From Candidatus Curtissbacteria bacterium RIFCSPLOWO2_02_41_11 (GTDB taxonomy: Bacteria; Patescibacteriota; Microgenomatia; Curtissbacterales; GWA2-41-24): 64,000 bases of DNA. The position numbers and the translations under genes were made by a program. The notes beneath the pieces were generated by a model. It saw only the letters and a list, made by a program, of their open reading frames with translations, did no database searches and was not told the origin of the DNA. Position 1 is the stretch's first letter. Every line of letters begins with the position of its first letter. Below, in pieces: positions 44,941-54,281 of this stretch. The stretch spans positions 1,683 to 65,682 of the forward strand of contig MFBU01000007.1 in NCBI GenBank assembly GCA_001775055.1. The letters run 5' to 3'.

Positions 44941-45396
44941 TTATTGAGGTCTTAACAACTGTATTGGCAATTGTTTAAAGCTTTTCAATCGGCGATCGCT
45001 GGTTACAAACACGTCAGCTCGTGCCTGAAGGGCCGTTGCCAGTTGAATGGAATCAGCTAGGGAAAATTGATATTTGCGCCTTATGTCTGCTGTCGTTATT
45101 GCAATGTTGTTATCAACAGGAACAATGACAAGAAAAGAAATTGCCAGAAATTCTTCTTGGAGGTGACTTCTTAGGACAGGTGCTTTGTTGGTAGCAAGTA
45201 ATTCTGCCAAGGTAATGGCACTGGTCACTACAGTCGTTCGCTCAAGGGAAAACTTGCGGAATAACTCTCTGACTATTGGTCCAAAGCGAGGATGTTTTTG
45301 GAAAAAGTAAATGAAGATATTGGTATCTATGGCAACTGTATGGAAGCTATTTACTAAAGCTCTTTTCAAATTTCTGGAGTTTTTCTTCCCACTCAT
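44941..45396 (-). CDS. vapC: PIN-domain toxin VapC
   Basis: 151 aa; 'VAIDTNIFIYFF', 'TSAITLAEL', 'FVTSDRRL' PIN acidic residues. Confidence 0.75.
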   Translation of the reverse strand: MSGKKNSRNLKRALVNSFHTVAIDTNIFIYFFQKHPRFGPIVRELFRKFSLERTTVVTSAITLAELLATNKAPVLRSHLQEEFLAISFLVIVPVDNNIAITTADIRRKYQFSLADSIQLATALQARADVFVTSDRRLKSFKQLPIQLLRPQ

Positions 45397-45622
45397 TTCT
45401 CATTTTTTTCACTTCGCGAATTGGATCAATGCCTTTCCAAGCCTCAGTCATCATGCCATAAAGCCGATCTACCCATGCCGTGGGATCTGTTTTGATCGTA
45501 ACAGTATCTTCATTTATAGAACTGATAGTAACCTTACTACCCGGAGAAATCCCTTTGATCTTTTTTCTAACTTCTTTGGGGATAACTACTTGATATTTAG
45601 TACCGACTGTTACTTGTTGCAT
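45347..45622 (-). CDS. vapB: AbrB/MazE/SpoVT-type antitoxin VapB
   Basis: 91 aa; swapped-hairpin motif 'GTKYQVVIPKEVRKKIKGISPGSKV'; overlaps vapC by 50 bp. Confidence 0.7.
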   Translation of the reverse strand: MQQVTVGTKYQVVIPKEVRKKIKGISPGSKVTISSINEDTVTIKTDPTAWVDRLYGMMTEAWKGIDPIREVKKMRNEWEEKLQKFEKSFSK

Positions 45623-45629
45623 AGTATCA

Positions 45630-45680
45630 CCAAGTCAGACTTGGTATGACAATACTACCAATTTTTGTCATACCTGTCAA
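45630..45680 (-). promoter_or_regulatory. vapBC promoter (TTGACA-17-TAGTAT) with 10-bp inverted repeat GGTATGACAA/TTGTCATACC and 'ccaagtcagacttgg' palindrome
   Basis: seen in sequence directly upstream of vapB ATG. Confidence 0.5.
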
Positions 45681-46564
45681 TTAGGAATAACTGCATTATT
45701 TTTTAGTTTAAGCTTAATCAGCCGCTTTTGATACTCCTCCATCACCCACTCTCCAGTATTTTGCGGGTGGAAGAAAAGTTGGTGTTTGCCGATTTTTTCA
45801 GTGGTGATTTTGGGGTGCATATACCAGAGTTGAAAGTTTTTGAGAAAACTTTCAACAGTTCGTAGTAAGTAGTTAGTAGTTGGTAGTTTCTTTTTCTCTG
45901 ATCTATGATCTACAACCCCAAAATTAACTTGCCAATTCGGAAGGAATTTATATATCCATTTATTAGCATCGATAAATCGTCGGTAAGTCTTGTCCCGATC
46001 CCAAATTGGTTTCATTTGACAAATTTCGTGGGCAAGATAGAGATTTTGGGGACTGATTTTAAGGTCTGATTCGTCGATAAGGACATTAAGGCAAGCTCGA
46101 TCTGCAACTTTTTGACCCTTGACATCTCTTTTAAACGGCACGAGCAAAATGTTTGCCACAAAACGGGTTGTCCAGAGAGTATTTTGGGAGGTTATTAAAA
46201 CCAAATCAATATCATCATTTTTGTGACTGTTTTGCATGGCCAAAGCACCTGATATCGCCATCAACTTTAAAGTCGGAATGATTTTCAGAACTTTAGCAAA
46301 AAAAAGGGCTTTTTTGAATTTGAACTTTGAATATTTTTGCCTTTGCTTGCGCAGGCTGACGATTTGTATTCGACCCTTGAGAAAATAATATTGGCCTTTT
46401 TGGCCAATTTTTGATGACTTCGTCAAAATCAATAATTCTTTGGCGACTGCATCGAGTTTGCTCCTCTTCCCTATTAAATATTGATGGACTTCTTGAACAG
46501 TCAGTGGATAATCGAAAATGTCATGGTAGGCGAAAGTGGCTAGGATTGACTGCGACAAGGTCAT
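45677..46564 (-). CDS. Pol-beta-superfamily nucleotidyltransferase (GS-x10-DxD motif), function unknown
   Basis: 295 aa; 'ISGALAMQNSHKNDDIDLVLI' (G[SA]...DhD) and downstream 'LNVLIDESD'; carries family-C repeat in-frame (45857-45895). Confidence 0.5.
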   Translation of the reverse strand: MTLSQSILATFAYHDIFDYPLTVQEVHQYLIGKRSKLDAVAKELLILTKSSKIGQKGQYYFLKGRIQIVSLRKQRQKYSKFKFKKALFFAKVLKIIPTLKLMAISGALAMQNSHKNDDIDLVLITSQNTLWTTRFVANILLVPFKRDVKGQKVADRACLNVLIDESDLKISPQNLYLAHEICQMKPIWDRDKTYRRFIDANKWIYKFLPNWQVNFGVVDHRSEKKKLPTTNYLLRTVESFLKNFQLWYMHPKITTEKIGKHQLFFHPQNTGEWVMEEYQKRLIKLKLKNNAVIPN

Positions 46565-46577
46565 GCAAGTGCCAATA

Positions 46578-46636
46578 ATATCAGCAGGTCGCCTTGGCTA
46601 CAAGCCAATGGCGCTCCTCTGATATATCATAATCAC
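46578..46636. repeat. family-A MITE-like repeat, copy 4
   Basis: 'atatcagcaggtcgcc ttggctacaagccaa ggcgctcctctgatat'. Confidence 0.75.
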
Positions 46637-46685
46637 TGTGTGATTAGATATAAACCAGAAACTGGAAACTGTAAACTGGTAGTGC

Positions 46686-48008
46686 CTAATTGGCGCCAAA
46701 GCGCGCCAAAATTTGGGCTACATTTTTGGCTGTGGTCTCGAGGGCTGACTTAGCAGGAGCTCCATTAACAACACTGTTCACAGCATCCTCGTAAGCCTTA
46801 ATGATTTGGTCATTAAGCCCATTATCAAAAGTGCGTGAGGCCATCGGGAAAGAACGCATATAAGGAGCATCCTTAATATAGGCCCCAACAATCGGATCTG
46901 ATACTAGTTGTGCTGCCAAAGGAACCTTAGGATATGGTTCACCAAAGAATCGCCCGGGTGTCCTGGAGGCTTCACTATAAAGCTTAACCAGATTTTCGTC
47001 CTCCTGCATAAATTTAATAAACTCCCAAGCCTCTTTCTTATGAGCACTTTTGGCTGAAACGCCCTCTGCCCAATAACTTGCCCAGGTTACTTGACTACCT
47101 TCAAGTTGTGGAACCGGAGCAACTTGAAAGTTTAAAAGAGGATTAACTTGCTTAATCTCCATCGCCCGCCAGCTCGGGGCAAAATACATCGCCAGATTTC
47201 CTCCGGCAAAGGCGATAGTTGATGGCGGCATTGTTTCATCCCAAACATGGTCTGGGCCCTTGGCAAAATTAGCAAAGTATTCCAAAGCATCTGCCGACTG
47301 TTTATCAGTCGGTGATTTTAAATCTCCGCCGTTTTGCAAAATCATCAAAGCCAAAATATCTGAAAAGTGATCTACATTTGAGGCGCTACCCAAAGCAACT
47401 CCTGCGGTTCTGATATTGCCGGCCGTGTCGCGAACTGTAAGTTGAGCAGCTGTCTGGGCAAGCTCGGTCCACGTTGCAGGAGGTCTACCAATCCCGGCAG
47501 CTTTAAAAATATCCTCGTTCCAGAATAAACCAAGACCGTCAATTTCTAAGGGCACGCCGACAAATTTATTCTCACTATTTCTTAAATCAAAAAATACTGT
47601 CGGATAAAAGTTTTTCTTAAAATCAGACGTCGAAACAAGATCCGACGGCACAACATCAAGTTCGTTCTTCAAAACCGGCGTCCAAGTATTATGGAAACGG
47701 AAAAGATCAGGGCCTTTTCCTGCCTCAATCTGATTTTGCAGGCTTTCCCGATATTGCTGGGGACTCTTCTTCTCATAGACAATATTGACATTAGGCTTAA
47801 GTTTTTTGTAGTCATTAACTACCTGATTAATAGTATCGGCGTTTTCCCAAAGACCCCAATATTTAAGGGTAACAGCTTCCGGTTCTTTTCCGCCCGGAAG
47901 CAGTGAACAACCCGCCAAAATTATACCGATGACTGCAAGCGATACCGTTAAAAGAATTCTCTTTCTTAATAATTGGAAATTATTCACTAACGGAGTTAAT
48001 TTAGGCAT
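46686..48008 (-). CDS. ABC transporter substrate-binding lipoprotein (family 1, sugar-type), orphan
   Basis: 440 aa; lipobox 'LAGCS'; MalE-like fold pattern; no adjacent permease genes. Confidence 0.65.
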   Translation of the reverse strand: MPKLTPLVNNFQLLRKRILLTVSLAVIGIILAGCSLLPGGKEPEAVTLKYWGLWENADTINQVVNDYKKLKPNVNIVYEKKSPQQYRESLQNQIEAGKGPDLFRFHNTWTPVLKNELDVVPSDLVSTSDFKKNFYPTVFFDLRNSENKFVGVPLEIDGLGLFWNEDIFKAAGIGRPPATWTELAQTAAQLTVRDTAGNIRTAGVALGSASNVDHFSDILALMILQNGGDLKSPTDKQSADALEYFANFAKGPDHVWDETMPPSTIAFAGGNLAMYFAPSWRAMEIKQVNPLLNFQVAPVPQLEGSQVTWASYWAEGVSAKSAHKKEAWEFIKFMQEDENLVKLYSEASRTPGRFFGEPYPKVPLAAQLVSDPIVGAYIKDAPYMRSFPMASRTFDNGLNDQIIKAYEDAVNSVVNGAPAKSALETTAKNVAQILARFGAN

Positions 48009-48043
48009 TTTTAAGATTCATCTCTATGATATCATAATAAAGC

Positions 48044-49921
48044 TTGATTCGAATAAACCTCAAATCCCTGATGATAAAGTCTAAATTCAACTTTAAAAAA
48101 AGTTCTTTTTCGTTAACTTTTATTTTTATTTTACTGCTATTTTATTTCGGCTACACCTTAGTCTACCTCAATAAAACGCCGCCCAATACCTATTTTGCAA
48201 ATCAGCCTTTTCCTGCTACGACTCAAGACCAATTAATTGAAAAAATCAGCCAGAAAATAGATTCATTTGAAAATTCTAAAATTATTTTTGAAGTTAACGA
48301 TCAAAAAATTGAGGCAGACCCAAAAACATTGGGAATTAACTTCGACAAGGCTAAAACTATCGATAATATTTGGCTTAAGACAAAATCCGCAAATTTTAAA
48401 GACGAGCAAATGCGAAAAATTAAATCCTTATTTATTAAAACTTATATTGCTCCAAATTACCAAGTTGATTTTTCAAAACAATCAAGCAGTTTGGATTCCT
48501 TATTTGGCAAATATGAGACTAAGGCCAAAGATGCGACCATCAACTTTAAATTAGGAAAAATTGAAGTTAACGATGAGGCTGTAGGTAAAGTAGTCGACAA
48601 GGGTGATTTGTATTTGGCCCTTAAAGATCGCTTAGATAATTTATCAACTCAGCCAATCAATGTTGCTCTAATAGAAGATGCCCCAAAAATTCGCACTTCC
48701 GGCGCAAAACAAGCGCAAGATAAAGTCGAAACCCTTAATAACCAAAGAATTGTCCTTACATTTGGCAGTGACGCTTGGAAACTTTCAGGCAACTCGCTAC
48801 TTTCAATTTTAAAATTTCATCCATATGGGCTTGAAGATGCCTACATTATAGAGTTTAAATTCGGCCAAAATCCGCTCATCATCACCTGGATAAAGCTTGC
48901 CGACTCACAAGAACCCAAACTTAATGTCAGCTTAGATAATGAAAAACTCAATGATTTAATTGACGAAATTGCCAGTTCCATCGAACAAAATACAGTAAAT
49001 GCTACTCTTAGATTCGAAAACGGCAAGGTTACTGAATTTACACCTGCTCGTGACGGCCAAAAACTTGATAAGACACAAACTAAAAAATTAATTGCAGACA
49101 AAGTTTCCATTGATAGTGTTAGTGGAGAAAAGGATATTAACATTGCCCTTCCAGTAGTGGTCACTAAGGCAAAAATAGCCAATGAAGAAATCAATAATCT
49201 GGGGATAAAAGAACTTTTAGGCAGGGGTGTTTCTTATTTTGCAGGCTCAATTGCAAATAGAATTTATAATATTTCTCTAGGTTCTCAAAGAATAAATGGC
49301 ACATTAGTTAAACCACAAGAAACATTTTCCTTTAACGGGACAGTTGGCGAAGTTAGTAGTGCCACCGGTTATAGGCAGGCATACGTTATTTCTTCTGGCA
49401 GAACTGTCCTTGATGACGGCGGCGGAATTTGTCAGGTTTCAACAACTGTTTTTAGGGCGGCTCTAAATGCCGGCCTGCCGATTGTAAAGCGCACAGCCCA
49501 TGCCTATCGCGTCGCCTATTACGAGCAACGTGGGTTTAAACCCGGACTGGATGCTACCGTTTGGGCACCGGCGGTTGATCTTGTATTTAAAAATGACACT
49601 ACAAACCATATCTTAGTGCAGGCAATTTTCGATGCAGCCAGTTCCAAGCTTGAAGTTGATATCTACGGAACAAGTGACGGCAGACAAGTTAAACTAACAG
49701 ATCCGATTATTTCCAATGTTAAACCACCGCCACCTGATAAATATCAGGAAGACCCAACTTTACCAAAAGGCACAACCAAACAGGTTGATTTTGCTGCCTG
49801 GGGAGCAACATCCGTATTCACCAGAAAAGTCTTTAAGAATGACCAATTGATAATTGATGATACCTTCAAATCTTATTTTAAGCCTTGGCAAGCAGTATAC
49901 TTAGTGGGGACAGGTGGCTGA
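48044..49921 (+). CDS. VanW-domain protein with C-terminal G5 domain
   Basis: 625 aa; VanW region 'QETFSFNGTVGEVSSATGYRQAYVI...GGGICQVSTTVFRAALNAGLPIV'; G5-like C-terminus. Confidence 0.7.
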   Translation: MIRINLKSLMIKSKFNFKKSSFSLTFIFILLLFYFGYTLVYLNKTPPNTYFANQPFPATTQDQLIEKISQKIDSFENSKIIFEVNDQKIEADPKTLGINFDKAKTIDNIWLKTKSANFKDEQMRKIKSLFIKTYIAPNYQVDFSKQSSSLDSLFGKYETKAKDATINFKLGKIEVNDEAVGKVVDKGDLYLALKDRLDNLSTQPINVALIEDAPKIRTSGAKQAQDKVETLNNQRIVLTFGSDAWKLSGNSLLSILKFHPYGLEDAYIIEFKFGQNPLIITWIKLADSQEPKLNVSLDNEKLNDLIDEIASSIEQNTVNATLRFENGKVTEFTPARDGQKLDKTQTKKLIADKVSIDSVSGEKDINIALPVVVTKAKIANEEINNLGIKELLGRGVSYFAGSIANRIYNISLGSQRINGTLVKPQETFSFNGTVGEVSSATGYRQAYVISSGRTVLDDGGGICQVSTTVFRAALNAGLPIVKRTAHAYRVAYYEQRGFKPGLDATVWAPAVDLVFKNDTTNHILVQAIFDAASSKLEVDIYGTSDGRQVKLTDPIISNVKPPPPDKYQEDPTLPKGTTKQVDFAAWGATSVFTRKVFKNDQLIIDDTFKSYFKPWQAVYLVGTGG

Positions 49922-50424
49922 TAGTGAAGAAGGATTTAGCGATAATTTTTGGCTTATTTCTTTTGATTGCAATCCTTTTAATATTCGGTAAAGGCATCTC
50001 TACCATTAGTTACCTCCCACAAAACCAATCTCAGACTCAAAAGGGAAACGAACTACCCGCAATCTCAGTCAAAAGTCTAAACATTAAAGCAAAAGTTGCT
50101 TCAAAACCTGATGAGCGCAAAAATGGACTTTCAAAACAAGAGTCAATGCCGCTTGATGAAGGCATGCTTTTTGTTTTTGAAAACCCGGGTCTTTTTGGCA
50201 TTTGGATGAAAGATATGAAGTTTGCCATTGATATTATTTGGATTGACGAAAATAAAAAGATTGTTGATATTGCAGCTAATACTCCGCCGGAACCTAGTAA
50301 AAAAGAAAAAGAGCTGACAATTTACCGCCCGACAAGCAACGCAAAGTATGTGTTGGAGATTAATGCCGGACTTTCTACACTTAATAACCTTCAGATCGGT
50401 GATCAAGTTAATTTTGAATTATAA
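49885..50424 (+). CDS. DUF192 family protein
   Basis: 179 aa; 'MPLDEGMLFVFE...IWMKDMKFAIDIIWID' DUF192 pattern. Confidence 0.6.
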   Translation: MASSILSGDRWLIVKKDLAIIFGLFLLIAILLIFGKGISTISYLPQNQSQTQKGNELPAISVKSLNIKAKVASKPDERKNGLSKQESMPLDEGMLFVFENPGLFGIWMKDMKFAIDIIWIDENKKIVDIAANTPPEPSKKEKELTIYRPTSNAKYVLEINAGLSTLNNLQIGDQVNFEL

Positions 50425-50427
50425 CCC

Positions 50428-51621
50428 ATGATAATTTTAGGGATTGAATCCACCTGTGACGAGACCGGAGTAGCAATTGTTGAGTGGGATCCTTCTCAAG
50501 ACTCGGGACTAAAGGTTTTAGCTAATGTCATCGCCTCCTCGGTTGAATTGCATAAAAAGTATAGCGGTGTTGTTCCGGAGGTTGCAGCACGCGAGCAAGT
50601 AAGAGTAATTATCCCCGTGGTCAATGAGGCTTTGACAAGAGCATTCGGATCAATTCGCAGTAATAATTCGTACAAATTTGGATGCCAAATTGATGCCATT
50701 GCAGTTGCTCACGGTCCGGGACTAGTCGGCTCACTTTTGATCGGTGTCGAAACTGCCAAGGCTCTAGCTTTAGTCTGGAATAAGCCATTGATCCCGATTA
50801 ATCACCTGATGGGTCATGTCTATGCCAATTGGCTTCAACCAGTTGGTAGTATTGAGTCGGTAGCTGGTAGTAAAAATAAAAAAACTAAAAACTACAAACT
50901 ACGAACTCCAGACTTTCCTTTAGTCGCCCTAGTCGTCTCCGGTGGACATACGGATTTAATATTGATGACCGATCATAACAAATATCGATGGCTTGGCGGA
51001 ACTTTGGATGATGCAGCCGGCGAAGCGTTCGATAAAGTGGCTCGAATTTTGGGATTAGGATATCCTGGAGGGCCGGAGATTGAGCGAGCAGCTCAACAAC
51101 TGACAACTGACAATGGGCCTGCCTTACCGGCAGGCAGGCAATTGACATTTAAATTACCTCGGCCGCTGATTAACTCGACCAGCTTTGATTTCTCATTCTC
51201 GGGGCTTAAGACTGCCGTTGTTCATTATTCTAGTCAAATGTCAGATACTCGCCTCGCTTCGCTTGCGAAGCGGGTCAAAGGTCCCGGCGCCGTCAAAACT
51301 TTAGCAGGCAGGCAAGTGTCTGCGATAGCGCATGAGTTTCAGCAGGCAGTATGCGATATTCTAGTAACAAAAACCTTAAGAGCCGCCAAAAAATATCAAG
51401 TGGAATCAATTGTTGTCGGTGGAGGAGTAGCAGCAAATCAACGGTTGCGTTCACTGTTAACGGTTAATGGATCACGGTTGGGAATTCCTGTTTTCTTTCC
51501 AGAGAAAAATCTTTCAACTGACAATGGGGCAATGATTGCCGCAGCAGCGTTCTTTCATCCGTATCAAATTAATCCTCTGAAACTTTCTGCAGTTCCCGGC
51601 CTTTATTTCGATCAAACTTGA
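50428..51621 (+). CDS. tsaD: tRNA N6-adenosine threonylcarbamoyltransferase TsaD (with three repeat-derived in-frame insertions)
   Basis: 397 aa (~55 aa longer than typical); 'ILGIESTCDETGVAIV', 'VAHGPGLVGSLLIGV', 'VSGGHT', 'GGGVAANQRLR'. Confidence 0.85.
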   Translation: MIILGIESTCDETGVAIVEWDPSQDSGLKVLANVIASSVELHKKYSGVVPEVAAREQVRVIIPVVNEALTRAFGSIRSNNSYKFGCQIDAIAVAHGPGLVGSLLIGVETAKALALVWNKPLIPINHLMGHVYANWLQPVGSIESVAGSKNKKTKNYKLRTPDFPLVALVVSGGHTDLILMTDHNKYRWLGGTLDDAAGEAFDKVARILGLGYPGGPEIERAAQQLTTDNGPALPAGRQLTFKLPRPLINSTSFDFSFSGLKTAVVHYSSQMSDTRLASLAKRVKGPGAVKTLAGRQVSAIAHEFQQAVCDILVTKTLRAAKKYQVESIVVGGGVAANQRLRSLLTVNGSRLGIPVFFPEKNLSTDNGAMIAAAAFFHPYQINPLKLSAVPGLYFDQT

Positions 51622-51635
51622 CACTACATCGTTTT

Positions 51636-51662
51636 TTGATCTTTAATAAGATCAATTTATTA
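51636..51662 (+). terminator. putative terminator hairpin after tsaD ('accagaggttcgccctctggt' + TTTATT)
   Basis: 8-bp stem; second similar hairpin 'cagaggattaccctctg' at 51726-51742. Confidence 0.4.
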
Positions 51663-52073
51663 CCAGAGGTTCGCCCTCTGGTTTATTAGTGGTCAATGGA
51701 GAGAGAAGATTCAACCGCTTATAGTCAGAGGATTACCCTCTGTTATACATCAAGAGTTTGGGAAGAGTTACCTGCAGGCTTAACCGCATCTATCGACTTT
51801 GTAATTGAAGAAAACTCAGCAAGGCGTTTACAAGTTTGCAGCCAAGAGGGGACAGTTAAAACTCTTGATAGTCGCAGAAGAGGAGTCAACATATTAATGG
51901 ATTTTGATCCAACACTAGACAATGTCCCTTTACCTAAAAAAGCATTACGAGAAAATTAGCCCAAGTTTCCAATTATCTTTCTTTCTGCAATAATATAAAG
52001 GTCGAAATACTTACTTTACACGTGGGGGTAAAATTAGAGTCCGCGGCCACATGAAAAGAAATTACTGACTCTC

Positions 52074-54248
52074 ATGAAATTTAAAAACGAAAATGATATC
52101 TATGCTTTTTGGAAAAAGTCCGGCTTTTTTAAAGCCGACCCGACTTCTACCAATAAACCTTATTCCCTGTTAATCCCCCCTCCAAATTTAACTGGCGAAC
52201 TTCACTTGGGTCATGCCATGCAGCATTCTATTTTAGATGCAATCGCCCGCTTTAAAAGGTTACAAGGATTAGATGTTTTACTTTTGCCCGGAGTCGATCA
52301 TGCCGGAATTTTGTTTGAGGCGACATTTGAGAAAGAACTTGAAAAAGAAAATTTATCTAAGGAAAAACTCGGGCGTGAAGAATGGCTAAAAAAAGCCTGG
52401 CAATTCAAAGAAAAAATTTATCAATCAGTTTCCTCGACTTGGCGATTTATGGGACTTTCCGCAGATTGGTCAAGAGAAGTTTTTACATTAGATCCCGATC
52501 CTCAAAAAGCGGTCTTTGAAGAATTTAAAACCTATTTTGAAAAAGGCTTAATTTACAAAGGTCCTTACATTGTTCAATGGTGCCCTGGATGCAATACGGC
52601 CATTGAGGATGTGGAGGTGGAATACGATGAGAGAAAAGAAAAATTATATTACCTCAAATATGGTCCATTAATCTTGGCAACTGCCCGACCAGAAACAAAG
52701 TTCGGTGACACGGCAATGGCCGTCAATCCGCAGGACAAGCGTTACCAAAAATATGTCAGTTGCGAATTTGAAATCGAAACTCTCGCAGGAAAAAGGGGAA
52801 TGAAAGTTATCGCTGATGAGGCGGTTGATCCAAAATTTGGGACTGGGGTGATTAAAGTAACTCCGGGTCACGATTTTGCGGATTATGAAATTGGCAAGAG
52901 ACATAATCTACCAATCATCCAAGTGATTAACAAAGAAGGTAGACTGACCAAGGCAGCTGGTAAATATGCAGGGATGAAAGTTGATGAAGCAAGAAGAGCG
53001 ATGATCCCAGAGCTTAAAAAAAGAGGACTCTTAGTTAAAGTGGAAGACTATACTCATTCGGTTGCAGTCTGCGAAAGATGTAAAAGTGTAGTTGAACCTT
53101 TAATTTCCGAAGAGTGGTTTGTCAAAGTCAAAGATATGGCAAAAGAAGCAGTCAAAGTAATAAAGGCGGGAAAGATTGAATTTTTGCCAAATAACTATGG
53201 CAAAATCCTGATTGACTGGTTTGCTAACATTCACGATTGGTGCATTTCAAGATCTCTTTGGTGGGGACATCGAATACCCGTTTGGTATCCTTCAACTCGC
53301 TCAGCTCACTCAGGACAAGTCGAAAAGATGAGGGTCTCTTTAGAATCACCAGGAGACGGATGGATACAAGACGAGCAGGTTTTAGATACCTGGTTCTCTT
53401 CCGGGCTTTGGCCAATGTCAACTTTAGGATGGGTCGGAATAAGTCAAAGTGAAAAGTCAAAGTGGAAAGAAATGTCCAAGTATTTCCCCTGGGATTTTGA
53501 AATCTCGGCACCGGAAATTAAGTTTTTGTGGATTGCTAGGATGATTATGATCAGTAAATATTTTACAGACGAAATTCCATTTAAAACTATGTTTTTTCAT
53601 GGGATGCTTCGAGATCTTTTGGGTCGAAAGTTTTCCAAATCGCTGGGAAACGGCATCGAACCAACTTATCTAATTGAAAAATGGGGCGTTGATGCTACTC
53701 GTATGGCTCTTTATACCTACAGTATTCCTAGCCGCGATGGCCGGGTTTCAAAAGAAATAATGGACGAGCGAGGTAAAAATTACCGCAATTTTGCAACCAA
53801 AGTTAGAAATATAGCCAGGTTTATTTACGAACTCAAACCAGATTCCTCCTCCGAGGTGAAGTCTAGTCAACATCAAGAGAGCACCTCGGAGGTGGAGCAT
53901 GCGGATGACAAGTGGATTTTGGGTGAACTTGAGAAAACTATCAAATCAGTAACTAAAAATCTAGAAGAAATCAAGCTTCACTTGGCATCTGAGGCAATTT
54001 ACGATTTTATCTGGCACAAATTTGCCGACATTTATCTTGAAAAAAGCAAAGCAAGGAGAGAAGAGGCCCAACCGGTTCTGGAATATGTTTTAAAGACCAG
54101 TTTAATAATTCTACATCCATTTATGCCGTTTACGACCGAGGAAATTTATCAGAAATTTGCAGACAGGAAGAAGTCGATCATGTTGGAAGAATGGTCTATC
54201 ATTAAGTTGTCGAATGCTAGAAGACTAACGACTAACGCAAAAGGTTAG
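52074..54248 (+). CDS. valS: valyl-tRNA synthetase
   Basis: 724 aa; HIGH 'PPPNLTGELHLGHA', KMSKS 'KFSKSLGN', editing domain; short C-terminus; palindromic in-frame insert at 53846-53893. Confidence 0.9.
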   Translation: MKFKNENDIYAFWKKSGFFKADPTSTNKPYSLLIPPPNLTGELHLGHAMQHSILDAIARFKRLQGLDVLLLPGVDHAGILFEATFEKELEKENLSKEKLGREEWLKKAWQFKEKIYQSVSSTWRFMGLSADWSREVFTLDPDPQKAVFEEFKTYFEKGLIYKGPYIVQWCPGCNTAIEDVEVEYDERKEKLYYLKYGPLILATARPETKFGDTAMAVNPQDKRYQKYVSCEFEIETLAGKRGMKVIADEAVDPKFGTGVIKVTPGHDFADYEIGKRHNLPIIQVINKEGRLTKAAGKYAGMKVDEARRAMIPELKKRGLLVKVEDYTHSVAVCERCKSVVEPLISEEWFVKVKDMAKEAVKVIKAGKIEFLPNNYGKILIDWFANIHDWCISRSLWWGHRIPVWYPSTRSAHSGQVEKMRVSLESPGDGWIQDEQVLDTWFSSGLWPMSTLGWVGISQSEKSKWKEMSKYFPWDFEISAPEIKFLWIARMIMISKYFTDEIPFKTMFFHGMLRDLLGRKFSKSLGNGIEPTYLIEKWGVDATRMALYTYSIPSRDGRVSKEIMDERGKNYRNFATKVRNIARFIYELKPDSSSEVKSSQHQESTSEVEHADDKWILGELEKTIKSVTKNLEEIKLHLASEAIYDFIWHKFADIYLEKSKARREEAQPVLEYVLKTSLIILHPFMPFTTEEIYQKFADRKKSIMLEEWSIIKLSNARRLTTNAKG

Positions 54249-54281
54249 AAAGCTTTAGTCGTTGAGCTTTAAGCGTTAAGC

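Noticed and set aside
51696-51959. 87-aa ORF downstream of tsaD
   Set aside because: It lacks any recognisable domain. The region contains two repeat-like hairpins ('cagagg..ctctg'), so it may be non-coding. Left uncalled as a feature.
51960-52073. T-box leader upstream of valS
   Set aside because: Only ~114 nt are available and no specifier or T-box consensus could be recognised. The region is too short for a T-box riboswitch.
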